A stretch of 63,755 nt of DNA, filler included, from Squatina squatina (taxonomy: Eukaryota): the NCBI GenBank assembly GCA_031763465.1. It is 4 parts of 4 records of this genome, joined end to end, with 100 filler letters (N's around TTAATTAATTAA, not from the genome) between each part and the next. Parts side by side here need not be neighbours in the genome. Positions count along the whole stretch, not along the records: positions 47,797 to 63,755 come from JARFOE010000001.1; 3 more parts are not named here. One strand, 5' to 3'. The notes under the pieces were generated by a model. It saw only the letters and a program-made list of their open reading frames with translations. It was not told the origin of the DNA and did not search any database. Shown piece after piece: positions 50,158-62,597 of the stretch. Numbering within the stretch: the stretch's first letter is position 1; every line of letters starts with the position of its first letter. A program made the translations under genes and the position numbers.

Positions 50158-50455
50158 GTGCCCTCCACCACCCAGAAGGACGAGGGCAGCAGGCGAATGG
50201 GAGCTCCATCACCTCCAAGTTCCTCTCCAAGTCACACACCATCCTGACTTGGAAATTTATCACCATCCCTTCATCGTCACTGGGTCAAAACCCTGGAACT
50301 CCCTCCCTAACAGCATTGTGGGAGTTCCTTCACCACACAGACTACAGCAGTTCAAGAAGGCAGCTCATCACCACCTTCTCAAGGGCAAGTAGGGATGTGC
50401 AATAAAAGCTGGCCTTACCAGCGATGCCCACATCCCATGAACGAATAAAAAAAAA
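50158..50455 (+). mobile_element. LINE 3' end (CR1/L2 group) with A-rich tail
   Basis: KPWNSLPNSIV...LQQFKKAAHHHLLKG-stop plus GATGCCCACATCCCATGAACGAATAAAAAA. Related tails lie at about 16217-16283 and 58070-58135. Confidence 0.85.
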
Positions 50456-50658
50456 GTCCTCTCTCCCGCTCCTACACAAAATAAGATTCCATTCTTTGTT
50501 GGGTTATCAAACTGGATGCAAGGCACTCTCTCATAGTGAAGGGGAGTGAAATAAAATATTAGAGAATAATTTCATCATTGTTGTGCTTATGCATCTAGTA
50601 TTTTCTCGAGAGTGACCTGCTCTTCTTTTCTGTTAGTGAAATCTGAATGGTCAGACAC

Positions 50659-51232
50659 AGGGGTCGAAATTCGAGTGGGCCCATTTTTGGCTCAGGTGCA
50701 ATCCCTGGGCCTGAATGGTGAGGTCTTGGACCTCATTTCCATCAAGCCGGCATGGTACAAACAACCAGCCAGCAAAAAGTCACTGAAGATCTTATAAGTG
50801 AAGGCCAGGTGGGGAATCAAAGGCCTTGGTGTGAGGTTGGAAACCAGGAGGAGAAGTGACAATCAGGGAGGGAGCTGCTGTTCACGTTCATTAAATGTTT
50901 CGTCAGGAGAACCGCTCCCGCTCCTTCTGGCTTCACAATCAGCTAAGTATATTTAAAAACTTACCTCATTGTTAACGGGCGGTCCTAAGGCATGGTTTTC
51001 CTGAGTGCAGCTGGGTTGGTACCAGCTGCCTCAGGGAAAATCAATCTTGCAGTGTGGGCCTCAAACAGTTATTAAGCCCCTTATTTGTAAATGCAAATAG
51101 TCTAAAGCCTGTTTCCGGGGTGGGCAATGCATGGCCGGAAATGTTTATCTGCTTCCTGCCTGCCATATTGGGGACTTAGTAGGTCAGTTAGCTCCTGAAA
51201 AACAGGCACTGCATGGTCAAAATTATAGGCCT
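50659..51232. mobile_element. Probable non-autonomous DNA transposon
   Basis: Termini AGGGGTCGAAATT ... AATTATAGGCCT around a GC-richer core. Confidence 0.45.
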
Positions 51233-51999
51233 TATCCTTCTCAGGTATAGTTCTGATTCATATTTTACAATATTGTAAATTTGACCTCAAATGTTTTCTT
51301 ATAAATGGTTCTCTAGGATTCCAATTTGAATGTACATTCCATAAATTCTTAATCTCCATTACAGAAATCTTTCAAGAAGAAAGTGAGCCCATTATTAAAT
51401 ATTGAAGCTCTAAAGACTGCACTTCATATACTCCTGTACAATAAATACCATTTGCAAAGATTAGCAGTGATACTGAAATTATTTCCACATCTCCCCTGAC
51501 TCATGGCAACAAAATAACATTATTTTTGCACCTTTTACTCTCAGTAGAGTGCAAGGTCACTGATTTTGTTTGCCTTGATAATCTGTCACAGAGAGATTAG
51601 TTTACATTCTCGATGCATCGCTTCACACTGAACTGAATTTGTATGTTTACACTCCTTTAAACCTTCAGTTTTCCCACTGCATTTTGTGATATATATATAT
51701 GACTTGGATATTGGAATACAGAGCAAAATTTCAAAATTTGCCTATGCTACCAAACTTGGAGGTGTGGCAAACAGTGAGGATGATACCAATCGACTGCAAC
51801 AGNNNNNNNNNNNNNNNNNNNNNNNNNNNNNNNNNNNNNNNNNNNNNNNNNNNNNNNNNNNNNNNNNNNNNNNNNNNNNNNNNNNNNNNNNNNNNNNNNN
51901 NNTGTGCAATTCCAAGCCAAGATAATCAGATGAAGCACTTTTGGGCCAGTTGTTAGGAAGTAAAAAAGAAAGGGAAAGATACATTTAGGTAGTGTCTTT

Positions 52000-52338
52000 A
52001 AAATCCTCAGGATGTCCGAACGTACTTCACAGACATTGAATTCCTTTTGAAATGTAGTCACGTTATTATGTGGGCCCAACAGCAGCCAATTTGAACTTAG
52101 CAAGATTCCACAAACAGCAATGAAGTAAATGATCAGTTAAATGAATTTGGTGCTGTTGGTTGAGTGATAAACCTTAGCCAAGACAACTTCCTTGCTCTAC
52201 TTTGAATTATGCCATGGGATCTTTTACATCCAGCTAAACAGGCAGGAGAGCCCTCGGTTTAGTGTCTCTTCCAAAAGGTGACTCTGCCAACAATGCAGCA
52301 CTTCCTCAACACTGCACTGATGTGTCATCCTAGATTAT
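52000..52338 (-). mobile_element. Deu-domain SINE
   Basis: GCCATGGGATCTTTTACATCC core. Further fragments at about 43900-44200, 44422-44530, 47797-47880, 56140-56284 and 58240-58430. Confidence 0.8.
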
Positions 52339-53546
52339 GGCCAAAAATGTCCTTTGAGCTGCTCTGAGGTCATTCCTGGCCATTGTGTTCAAGCCCTTCT
52401 GATTTAGATGGGAGAGTACCAAGCTGACACATACATGATGGCTTCCCTGTTGAATTTTAGCCTCCTTCTCTGTGGAAAAATATCTGGCATGCACTCAGCA
52501 GTTCTCCTGAAGTTTAGATGTAGACCCATATCCAACCACTTATGTTGAATACTTAAATGCTGTTGTAAAAAAAACCTTAGCAGAAATTGTATTGGTGACC
52601 AATGCACTGAGAAAACATCACTTACGTAGATACCTAATAAACCAAAAACATTGGCGTGTACACTTAGCATTTTTTACTAGAACTGTACTAGATTATCTAC
52701 CTAGCAATACTTTGTCCAGAAAAGAATGCCACTAATTGTCTGGAATCTTAATTTTCTTTTGATTATCTATCTAGCAAAAACCTTCTGTTATACTGCACAT
52801 CATTTACACAATTAAGAAGCATTCATTATCAAGTGTGTTCACAGTCAGACACAAATATTGTATCACACAGACCTTGATGCATTATTCTGCACAATTTTCT
52901 TCTTTATTCTATATACATACACAAGGAAAAAGTATATACAGTATGGTTCCGAAACAGTTTTTCTTCAGTCATATGATTATCTATTCAGAAATTGCATCAA
53001 TCTGATTTAAGTTTATCAGGAAATCCATGAAGTATTATGATGCTGTAGAATAGTACTTTTATTCCCCCAGTGATTGTATAAAAGATTACTGTACTGAAAA
53101 CCTGTGGGTCTCTCGGGATCTCCCACCATGACTCTGGGGGAGATTGTTGGAACCCCATAGAAATATCAAAAATATGCAGAATGCTTATGGAACTTCAATG
53201 CCTTTGAATATCTTTAGCCATTTGTACTAAACCTTTGGTGACTTGAAAATTAATTAAAGCAATCCTTGCCTCACATAAAATATATAATTTAAAAATAACC
53301 TCCATCATATAATATATGCTGGTTAAAATTGGAGATGATCAGAAATTATTGTTTTTTGACAAAAAGTTGTGTATAATATGTGAATGAGTCTCTTAATTAG
53401 TTTTTAATTGTATAAGATTAACAGAACATATAAGCCTTGAAGTTTTGATATAAGCCTTGAAGTTTTGAAATGGACTTAAAACTGAATAATTTAAGAAAAG
53501 TATTTAAAATGTATTAATGAAGTAGATTTAGAGTAAAGTACTTTAC

Positions 53547-53661
53547 CTGTGTGTTAGCCGCCGATGACTAATGCAAACCACTCTATGGTTGTCTTGAGCG
53601 ATGCATACTTTGTGCCGGCTGCATTTCACATTTAGGCAAGGATCTTTGGTAGAATCTAACC
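53547..53661 (-). CDS. SPOCK3: Testican-3 (SPOCK3) exon, follistatin-N-like module
   Basis: 115-bp exon with TTTCTCTAG/GTAAAG sites: LDSTKDPCLNVKCSRHKVCIAQDNHRVVCISHRRLTH. CSRHKVCIAQD...CISHRRLTH is SPOCK3-like. Confidence 0.92.
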
Positions 53662-55521
53662 CTAGAGAAAATAATTGGAAAAAGAAATTAAGTACTGTGC
53701 AAAACAAATAGAATGTCTGTTACTCCTGATCAATAGCAATCGACAGTCATTATAAATGGCTGAAACACAGAAAAAAGGGGCATGAAAAACAGCTGTCATT
53801 CCTAGTCCAAAAAATGAAATAAAGATGAGGTTAGACATATAGGGCCTGAAATTGCGATCTCCCCAGGTGGGAACGATGTTCCCAAGCACCCTAGGGAGAC
53901 ATTGTAAAAGCCGGTTTTCCATCGAAAGCTCACATAACCGGCATTTGCGATCTGTCCAGAAACTTCTGGACAGATCTAATGCTGAGGCTGCGGAGCCCAT
54001 CCCCAGCACTGAGCTTTGCGAGATTTTTGCAAAACTTTCGCTGGGGATCTCTTCAAATTTTTTACACTACCAAGCGTATCTGCTTGGTGTTACCATCGTA
54101 AGAAATGTTAAGAAATTTTAAATCAAAAAAATTAATGGGACATTACTTTAAAACCATTTCCAGTAAGGTAAGTATGTTTTTAAACATTTTAAAAGATTTN
54201 NNNNNNNNNNNNNNNNNNNNNNNNNNNNNNNNNNNNNNNNNNNNNNNNNNNNNNNNNNNNNNNNNNNNNNNNNNNNNNNNNNNNNNNNNNNNNNNNNNNT
54301 GCAGAGATTTCCATTGGCATGGGGCCAGGAGATGCCGTCGGTACACCTGAAGCTTTCCTGCCCTTGCTAATGAGGAATCCTGAATTCAACTAAGTCAGTG
54401 CTAGATGGCACCATTGGGTACAATCCTGGCGTAATTACCAGAACCATGACCTGAACAAATTCAGGATCAGTGAGTGTATTTAAATAAAATAATGATTATG
54501 ACTGCAGGTATTATGAATTATGATATGATTTAATGAAAAAATGCAGGAGGTATAGAAATAAAGTATTTGTTTTAGTAAATCAGAATTTATATGGATTATT
54601 GATAGCAGATTTCAGAATATGGCTGAGTATTATTCATCATATTATGACTCTATATTCCTTTCATTCCCTCCTCAACATTAAATTGCTAGCTTTTACAGAC
54701 TCACCATAGCCAAAATAATATTGGTTATCCAGTCAGAAACACCTCATAATACTTTTAGTACGTCAGTACAGTTTGCCTATGTGTGAACTCAAAAATAAGT
54801 TTCCACTTCAGGTTTGTGTAACTGGTTACTTAACATACACCCATACAATTAAGCATCATCAACAGAACATTACTTATATCTTACATGGTATTTATGATAG
54901 AACCAATCATGAGCTACCCATATCATGCACTTCATTTTGTAACAGTTAGGAGGAATCAGCAGGCTGTGTCAAGGATACTTCTTNNNNNNNNNNNNNNNNN
55001 NNNNNNNNNNNNNNNNNNNNNNNNNNNNNNNNNNNNNNNNNNNNNNNNNNNNNNNNNNNNNNNNNNNNNNNNNNNNNNNNNNNTCTGTGCAAGAGAATAT
55101 TGATCTGAAGCATAACAGTGCCACCACAAATCAATTTTTACAAATTGTTTTTCACTGGTTGGTGCTATATTTAAGTAGTAATAGCACTTGGTTTACACAT
55201 TACTATCAAATACATCTGCTATATGCGTAACAAAGCCAAAACTCTTAAATGCATTTCACCAAAAAATTAATAGCACTATTGTTTAAAAAAATAAACTTCA
55301 ATGTCACATCCAGCTATATACTGGCTGTGTGTTTCAGTCATCAAGGTTAGTTTTTGAACACGGATTTAAAAAACTGAGTGATTTTCTTCAGAACATGCAG
55401 ACATTTTAAGCAAATTAATTTTATGAAAACAACATTTCAAAATAATATTTTTTTAGATTGAAAACTCAGATTTTGAGATATGAAACTAATTATGGTCTAC
55501 AAGTGATTTTTGATATGGTAC

Positions 55522-55567
55522 CTTGGTCCAAGTGTCTGCCAGTGTTCCAGCTCCTGAAATAGTCATC
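55522..55567 (-). CDS. SPOCK3: SPOCK3 46-bp exon
   Basis: TTTTCAG acceptor and GT donor; encodes DDYFRSWNTGRHLDQ. Phase-compatible with the exon ending at 53661. Confidence 0.85.
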
Positions 55568-57257
55568 CTGAAAAGTAAAAAAAGGATTTAAAAAAATATT
55601 TAATCTGTTTTTTTAAATTATTAATGTTTTAACTTTCTTGTGAATAAATAATGGTAACACATGCACAATTGAAAAATAAATACAAACCTCAACCTCCTGC
55701 AAGGGCAAGCATTAGAAACAAGAAAAAAAAACATCAAGTTAAATAAAAAATTGGTAAAATCAATTTTGTCAAAAATATAAATGAAACATAATTGCCTCTA
55801 AGTTACATTCTAAGATGCAAATTCATTTTCCAGGCACAGCATTGAAACATTATCACTTTCTAAGTTAATCCTATTTGATGTAGTCTTAAGCCTAAACATT
55901 TTCTTGTCATAAGATGTGCAGCTGGAAAACTTACAAAAAGTCATACAAGTTTAGTTTCCAACTCCAATGTCTACAGAAACATTCCTAGGTTTCACAGTAG
56001 GCAATTGCTTCAATATTTCCCCAGATATATTGACTACAGATCTTTATTTCAGTTTCTGAAATCAATGAGGCCAATGAAAAATGAGAAAAAGGCCAAACTA
56101 GGCACTGATGTTTGGAACTTATCATAATAAATACTCTGAAAGAAAAAGACTTGCATTTACACAGCGTCTTTCATGACCACCATTCGTCCCAAAGCGCTTT
56201 ACGGCCAATGAAGTACTTTTTGAAGTGTAGTCACTGTTGTGATATAGGAAACACTGTTCTTCGTAATAGTGCCATAGGATCATTNNNNNNNNNNNNNNNN
56301 NNNNNNNNNNNNNNNNNNNNNNNNNNNNNNNNNNNNNNNNNNNNNNNNNNNNNNNNNNNNNNNNNNNNNNNNNNNNNNNNNNNNACACTCAAGAAGCTCA
56401 ACACCATCCAGGACAAAGCAGCCTGCTTGATTGGCACCCATTCACCACGTTAATCATTCACTCCCTCCACCATCGACGCAGATGGCAGTAGTGTCTACAT
56501 TCTACAAAATGCACTACATGGTTCTTAAATTCATTGTTTTTGGAGGAATAAAATAGAACAAGATGGTAACTTCGTAGCAATCAAACACTGAGCTGAGAAA
56601 GATTTATCTTCAGTTTAATCCTTTGAAAAAGATTCAAAAATAAATTTTAATAAAAATTATAAAACATTTATCCGCCCAATTTTATGGTGCAATAAAATAT
56701 TTAAGTAAATTGTGCAAGATTTATATGATACAGTATTAAACCCTGAATACTAATAGTTTTTTGCTAAGAAGTTGGACTATGCTCAAAGGCATATGTGGTA
56801 GTTGAAAACACCACGATTTAAATTATTTCCACTTAAATTATAATGAAGCAAAGTCTACATTTTGTAAAAATGCTATGCAGACTGCGTCCTGAAGGCTTGC
56901 TGTCAATCCAAAATGCCAATGCACCATAATAGTACCATTATTTCACCTGTGTTATTCCATACTTCCACATATGCACATCAGCACAAATGGAACATCATCA
57001 TTGCTTCTGTGACATATAGCCAGACTTACAGGCCCAAGGTAAACAGATGGTGAGTAGCTTTACTTACAAATATGGGCACATTTTTTTCTTCGAACTCCCA
57101 CTCCATCACTGTAACTTTGCCGGAAGTGCTGAAGAATCCTCGCTTATGCACAGAAATGAGGTTTCTGCCACACTTCAAGCAAAGTAACAGTGGCAAAATG
57201 AGGAAATTCCCAGCCTTTGTCTTTGGAAGGCAAATTGAATACACATTCTAACAGGCT

Positions 57258-57650
57258 GAACATAGGAACAGGAGTAGGCCATTTAGTCCCTTGAGCCTGT
57301 TCAACCATTCAGCAGATAATGGCTGGTATGTGATCTAACTCCATATCCCTTAATACCTTTGGTTAACAGAAATCTATCAATCTCAGATTTTAAAATAACA
57401 ATTGACTGAGCATCAACTGCTATTTGCAGTCGAGTTTCAAACTTTTACTACTCTTTGTGTGTAGAATTGTTTCCTAACTTCACTCCTGAAAGGCCTGGCA
57501 TAATTTTTAGGCTATGTCCCCAAGTCCTAGATTCCCCAACCAGCCGAAATAGTTTCTCTCTATCTACCTTATCTGTTCTCCTTAATAGCTCAATCAAATC
57601 ATCTCTTAACCTTCTAAATTCCAGGGAATACAGCTCTAGATTTTGTAAAC
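57258..57650 (-). mobile_element. CR1 3' portion
   Basis: LELYSLEFRRLRDDLIE...DKVDREKLF...ESRTWGHSLKI. Confidence 0.88.
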
Positions 57651-57929
57651 CCAATTAAACAAAAAGTTCAGTCTATAAATTTAAAGCCAATTTATTTAGC
57701 ATTAAACAAGTAGATAATCTGTGTTCAGTACAAACAGTATATTTACAGTAATTCACAAGCTTTGAGGGAGAAAAATTCATCCACTTAGCACATCTATTAG
57801 CNNNNNNNNNNNNNNNNNNNNNNNNNNNNNNNNNNNNNNNNNNNNNNNNNNNNNNNNNNNNNNNNNNNNNNNNNNNNNNNNNNNNNNNNNNNNNNNNNNN
57901 NTGTTGCCGTTCCTTCACCGTCTGGACTG

Positions 57930-58035
57930 AGTTGTGATGAATGGTCATCGACCTGAAGAGTTAACTCTGTTTCTCTCTCCACAGATGCTGCCTAAACTGC
58001 TCAGTATTTCCAGCATGTTTTGTTTTTATTCCATA
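57930..58035 (+). mobile_element. Penelope-like element terminal repeat fragment with a degenerate hammerhead core
   Basis: GTGATGA-AT-GGTC-ATC-GACC-T-GAAG followed by TTAACTCTGTTTCTCTCTCCACAGATGCTGCC. Family assignment is from recall of shark repeats. Confidence 0.5.
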
Positions 58036-58864
58036 TAGACTATGGCGGTTTAAGAAGAAAACCCAGTACTAAAGGGCAATTAGAGATGGGCAATAAATGC
58101 CAGCCTTGCCAACAACACCCATATATTAAGAATTTTTTTTTAAAATCCAGGATGATGCAAATTGCACATGGTCCATGGGGAGCAATAGACTTGACAGGCT
58201 GAATGGCCCTTCCACATTCCATACTTCTTAGATTAATCCTTCACCTAGCAGACTGAACTAGGGCCTTGGTTTAACATCTCATCCAAAACATGACACCTTC
58301 AACAGTACAAAACTCCCACCAATATTGTACTGAAGTTTCAATCTTGATTATTCACTTATATCAATGTTAAATTACTTAACCCCATAGCCTTATAACACAG
58401 AGGTGAAAGTGCTACCAAATGAGCCAAGCTAAATATAGCCTTCTGAACTTTGAAAACAAAAGGACAAGACATTCCAATGTGGCATGGGCTCGTCATAGCT
58501 TACCCAAATTGTCATCACATTTATGACAGGGAAAAAAAACCCTTAAAAGTACACAGAAGTGCAGTTTTCAGAAGTGCATTTAGACCTTTCTGAAAGGAGC
58601 TGTAAACACAGAAAGCATGAGATTTAATTTCTTGGGGAACAGTTCAATGTTGCATACGTTATTTGGTGCATTTTCCAGGACTTTGGAGCCATCTGTATTG
58701 CCTTTCACACTAAGAATAGCTGTAGGAATTCAAATCACCTTTACAACATCCAGGAAATATTACCCNNNNNNNNNNNNNNNNNNNNNNNNNNNNNNNNNNN
58801 NNNNNNNNNNNNNNNNNNNNNNNNNNNNNNNNNNNNNNNNNNNNNNNNNNNNNNNNNNNNNNNN

Positions 58865-59150
58865 NCGGGAGATGAAGGCGGCGAGCGCGCGCGCGCGAGC
58901 TGTGAGTGAGTGTGCGCGAGCGAGCGCGACAGAGCCCCGCGCCTTCCGAGCACAGGCGCGAGCGAGCGCTCATCTGGGATCAGGGCTTTTTGTTTGCTGT
59001 TGTATTGATATTGGTCACGGTATTGACAGACTGCTGAAGTGCGCGTGCAACTCTGGTCCCGAGACACTGGCTGCACAGCGGGCGAGCGATCGGCCTGTAG
59101 TCCACTTTCAGGCTGAGGAGTAAATTCGCGAGAACTCTCCTCACGATGCG
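58865..59150. promoter_or_regulatory. CpG-island-like promoter / non-coding first exon of an unidentified gene
   Basis: Very high CpG density with (GC)n and GCGA repeats in an otherwise CpG-poor window. No transposon motifs recognised. Confidence 0.6.
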
Positions 59151-61764
59151 GGCATTTAACTGTCCCTTCTTTTTTACATCCAACTTCTATGAATAGTCTT
59201 TAACATCTGCGAAAGAAGTGAAGTGTTTTATGCACCCCGCTAAGTCACGAGAGTCAAATCAGTTTGAAGGTCGTCTGAACTGAGAGTAAATGCTCCTGGC
59301 CCCCAAATATTACTTGTTGCACCAAGAAAACACAGTTGTAGTGTGGGGGTTTGCAAATGCTTGTTTATACATGCACAAAACATCGGAATCTCATTGGTCA
59401 CTTTGTGAAAGCAGAAGCGTTTTTACTGTTTGAACTCTGATCAGGAAGACACATTATAATGTGGGGAATGTATATCAGACCAGGCAAAGTGGCATGGTGC
59501 ATTCAGTTCCAGTTTTTCTTCTATAATGCCACTTTTTGGAGAGTTTGGAATGTAATCATCGCGCAATCTTTTCCAAATAGTTGAAAAAAAATCATAGTAC
59601 AAAGGTCGCAAATGCTGAAAATTTGAAGTGCGAATAGAAAATGCGCGGCCACCGATTACTGTCCGAAAGAACAGCATGTCCCAACATTCCGGTAAGGATG
59701 TGTCATCGGTCAATTCTGCTTTATGATCGCTCCCAAAAAACGCGAATCTCTCTTTCTCGCAGATGCTAATTGACTTGCTATGCACTCTCTATACTTATCT
59801 TAAATAATAACCATTAACGTTTTACTGTAGGATTTAATTGTCATTGCTGGTGCTGGAATTGCTATTATTGTAATTGTGCGATGAATGATTTGCTAAATAA
59901 AACATTTAGTTTAATTAATTACAAGAGTAGAACTCCAGCTACCCCGGCGAACCATTTCGCAGGCTCTTTCGATTCTTTCGATTGCAGCTGCACATTTCCG
60001 ACCACCTGCAGCGTGACCCCATTTCCAGGGCGGCCTGTAATCCGCCTCAAACTCTCACTCCGGATACCCCAGAACTTGGGTTGAGGTTGGCAAGACCCGC
60101 AGAAAAAAAGGAATTCTTTAAAACAACGTCCTAGTTATCCAAGTTTAGAAGATGTACTGATTTAAGTACTCTATACTTTGCTGCAATTACATTTCAAACA
60201 TTTTGCCAAATTCTAAAAAAAAAGCTCATTTTTGTTGACCTGGAAAGTACAGGTGTTGAGTCATTGAAGTGTTAGTTGTCATGTTAAAATAAACTGAAAC
60301 TGCTTTAAAGCACAAATTGACCATCCAATACTGCTGTTTCTTGTCCATGCCTTATCTGAACAATCTGGGTTACAGCTTTCGGGCGATCCTGATGACACCT
60401 GTTGATAGATAAATGGAGGTGGCACCAGATGCACAATATATGAGAAGCCTANNNNNNNNNNNNNNNNNNNNNNNNNNNNNNNNNNNNNNNNNNNNNNNNN
60501 NNNNNNNNNNNNNNNNNNNNNNNNNNNNNNNNNNNNNNNNNNNNNNNNNNNAAAGCATCAAAAACATGTAGAATTGTAGCAACAGCCAGAAGAAATAAAC
60601 CAGCAACTAGCCTGTAAGTAGTCGATAATCCCTTTAAATTGCACTTGTGCGGGGTCCTCTATGCTGCTTAATGTTGTGTTCAGCTAAGTGTGGTTAAGAA
60701 AGGACATAGGCTGGAGCGTGGAGCTCCAAAATGGCAGCGCTGGTGTCAAATCAGTGTTGCACATTGATTGGCACCATGATCNNNNNNNNNNGCCTGCTTT
60801 GCATACATTCCGCAGACGTTAGTTTTGTGCGCTAACCCCTTTACCAATATGGTGTCAGGCACACAATTTGTGTCAGAAGTGCATGCATCGTGGATGCCAT
60901 TTTGGAATCTTAAAGGGCCTTGTAGCACCCAAAAAATGGCCCCGACTGAGCCTAGTTTCGCCCATCTGTCCATTGCACTGTATTTCAATCTTTTAGGTAT
61001 AACACTGTTAAAATCTCAGAAATTAAAATTCGCATACCTCCTAAAGAACCTTGCAGATTTTCTTTCCACTGAAATGTGTTATCCTCCCTGCCAGATTTTT
61101 CTCTCTGCACTCTGCCCAGGCAGTAAAGATGAAAATCTACTTCATGTTATCATTCATGGTAAGTTTATCCAAATTACAGAAAGGACCCGCTCTCCTTATA
61201 AATGGTTTGTTGTTGGTTATATTTCAATGATAATTTAAATCATTCTCTTGTGATTATGTATTACTTTTTAAATATTGTTCCATCACACAGATGAGTTGCT
61301 GATTGATGACTGATTATTAAATATTTTAGACAGAAAATATTGCACCTTGTGCATTATTTATGTCTCATCAAATCAACCTACGTTACACATGAGGTACTAT
61401 CCCTAGTGTACCTGATAATATATTAAAGTTAAATAGAGTAAAAATAAATCAAAAAACCTTAGTAAAAGCATATTTAATATTCTAGTCTTATCTCTACAGT
61501 CTGATGGTTCTTCTTGGAACTAAATTAATGCATAAATGTAACATAGTTGGTACTGATTCACCTTCATATAGGCCTCTTTATAGCCTGGAAATTGCTCTTG
61601 GCTTAATTTCCTGCACCATTGGCAATCATGCAGGTGGGACAATCATTTTATNNNNNNNNNNNNNNNNNNNNNNNNNNNNNNNNNNNNNNNNNNNNNNNNN
61701 NNNNNNNNNNNNNNNNNNNNNNNNNNNNNNNNNNNNNNNNNNNNNNNNNNNGCCGGTTTTGAAC

Positions 61765-61903
61765 ATAGGTTTTGTTTTGTGATGCCAAGAAATTTTCTAA
61801 GATGCCAATGCCCTGACTTAAAGGGACAGCTCTATTAGGGCGCTAAAATTACACCTATTGGCCCCATATAGCCACCAGCTATAAAAAAGCCAATTGGGCG
61901 CCC
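61765..61903 (-). mobile_element. Harbinger-type terminus, inverted homolog of 62598-62735
   Basis: Reverse complement GGGCGCCCAATTGG...TATGGGGCCAA...TAATTTTAGCGCCC...CCTTTAA aligns with 62598 onward. Confidence 0.72.
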
Positions 61904-62597
61904 AACATTTATATGTTAGCATTAGGCTGTTTGTTGGCTTATAGTAAAAAAATGCAATCCGACACATCTCAAAGAGAGAAAATCTCTGTGCACTATGTGT
62001 AATGAAATCATAATCTCTTTTATAATTAATGAACATAGCACAGAGGAAATCATTCTCCTAGGTTGCTGGAAGAGCTAACAGAGCAAGATTTTTCCGATGG
62101 CTAATGAAATTAAAACTCCAAACCACATTTCACTAATAATTTTGTGTATGTTTATGTATACAATATTAACATATGCATTTATAAACTTTAAATCTTGGGT
62201 TCCATTGTGTAAATTGTAATCAGCTTAACCATACTGTAGTTATGAGAAAAATGCTAATTTGAACTGTGTTTCTGCTTGCATGCCATTGGCTGGCTACGTC
62301 CATGCAAAGAAAGACAAAAACGAGATTTTGTACAGGAGAATTTAGATCAAATTGGTTGACTCATACCTCAGATGCCATGACTGTCATTTATGCATACCTT
62401 CAGCAATATGAACTGTCTGCTTACACAGCTGCAAAGTAGTTGAAGAACATAATATTTGGCAAGGATACTGTTAGTTCGATGATGGAAATGGAAATTGTGC
62501 ACTACAAGCAAACCCAATATTGTGTGGACAGAATTTTGGCAGGGCTTCAGTGCTAAAGCAATGTTTCATCTTTTGTGCTTTCTTTTTACAATATGTG

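Noticed and set aside
53428-53468. 20-bp tandem duplication (similar to those at 7452-7489 and 23689-23748)
   Set aside because: Ordinary slippage duplication with no further structure.
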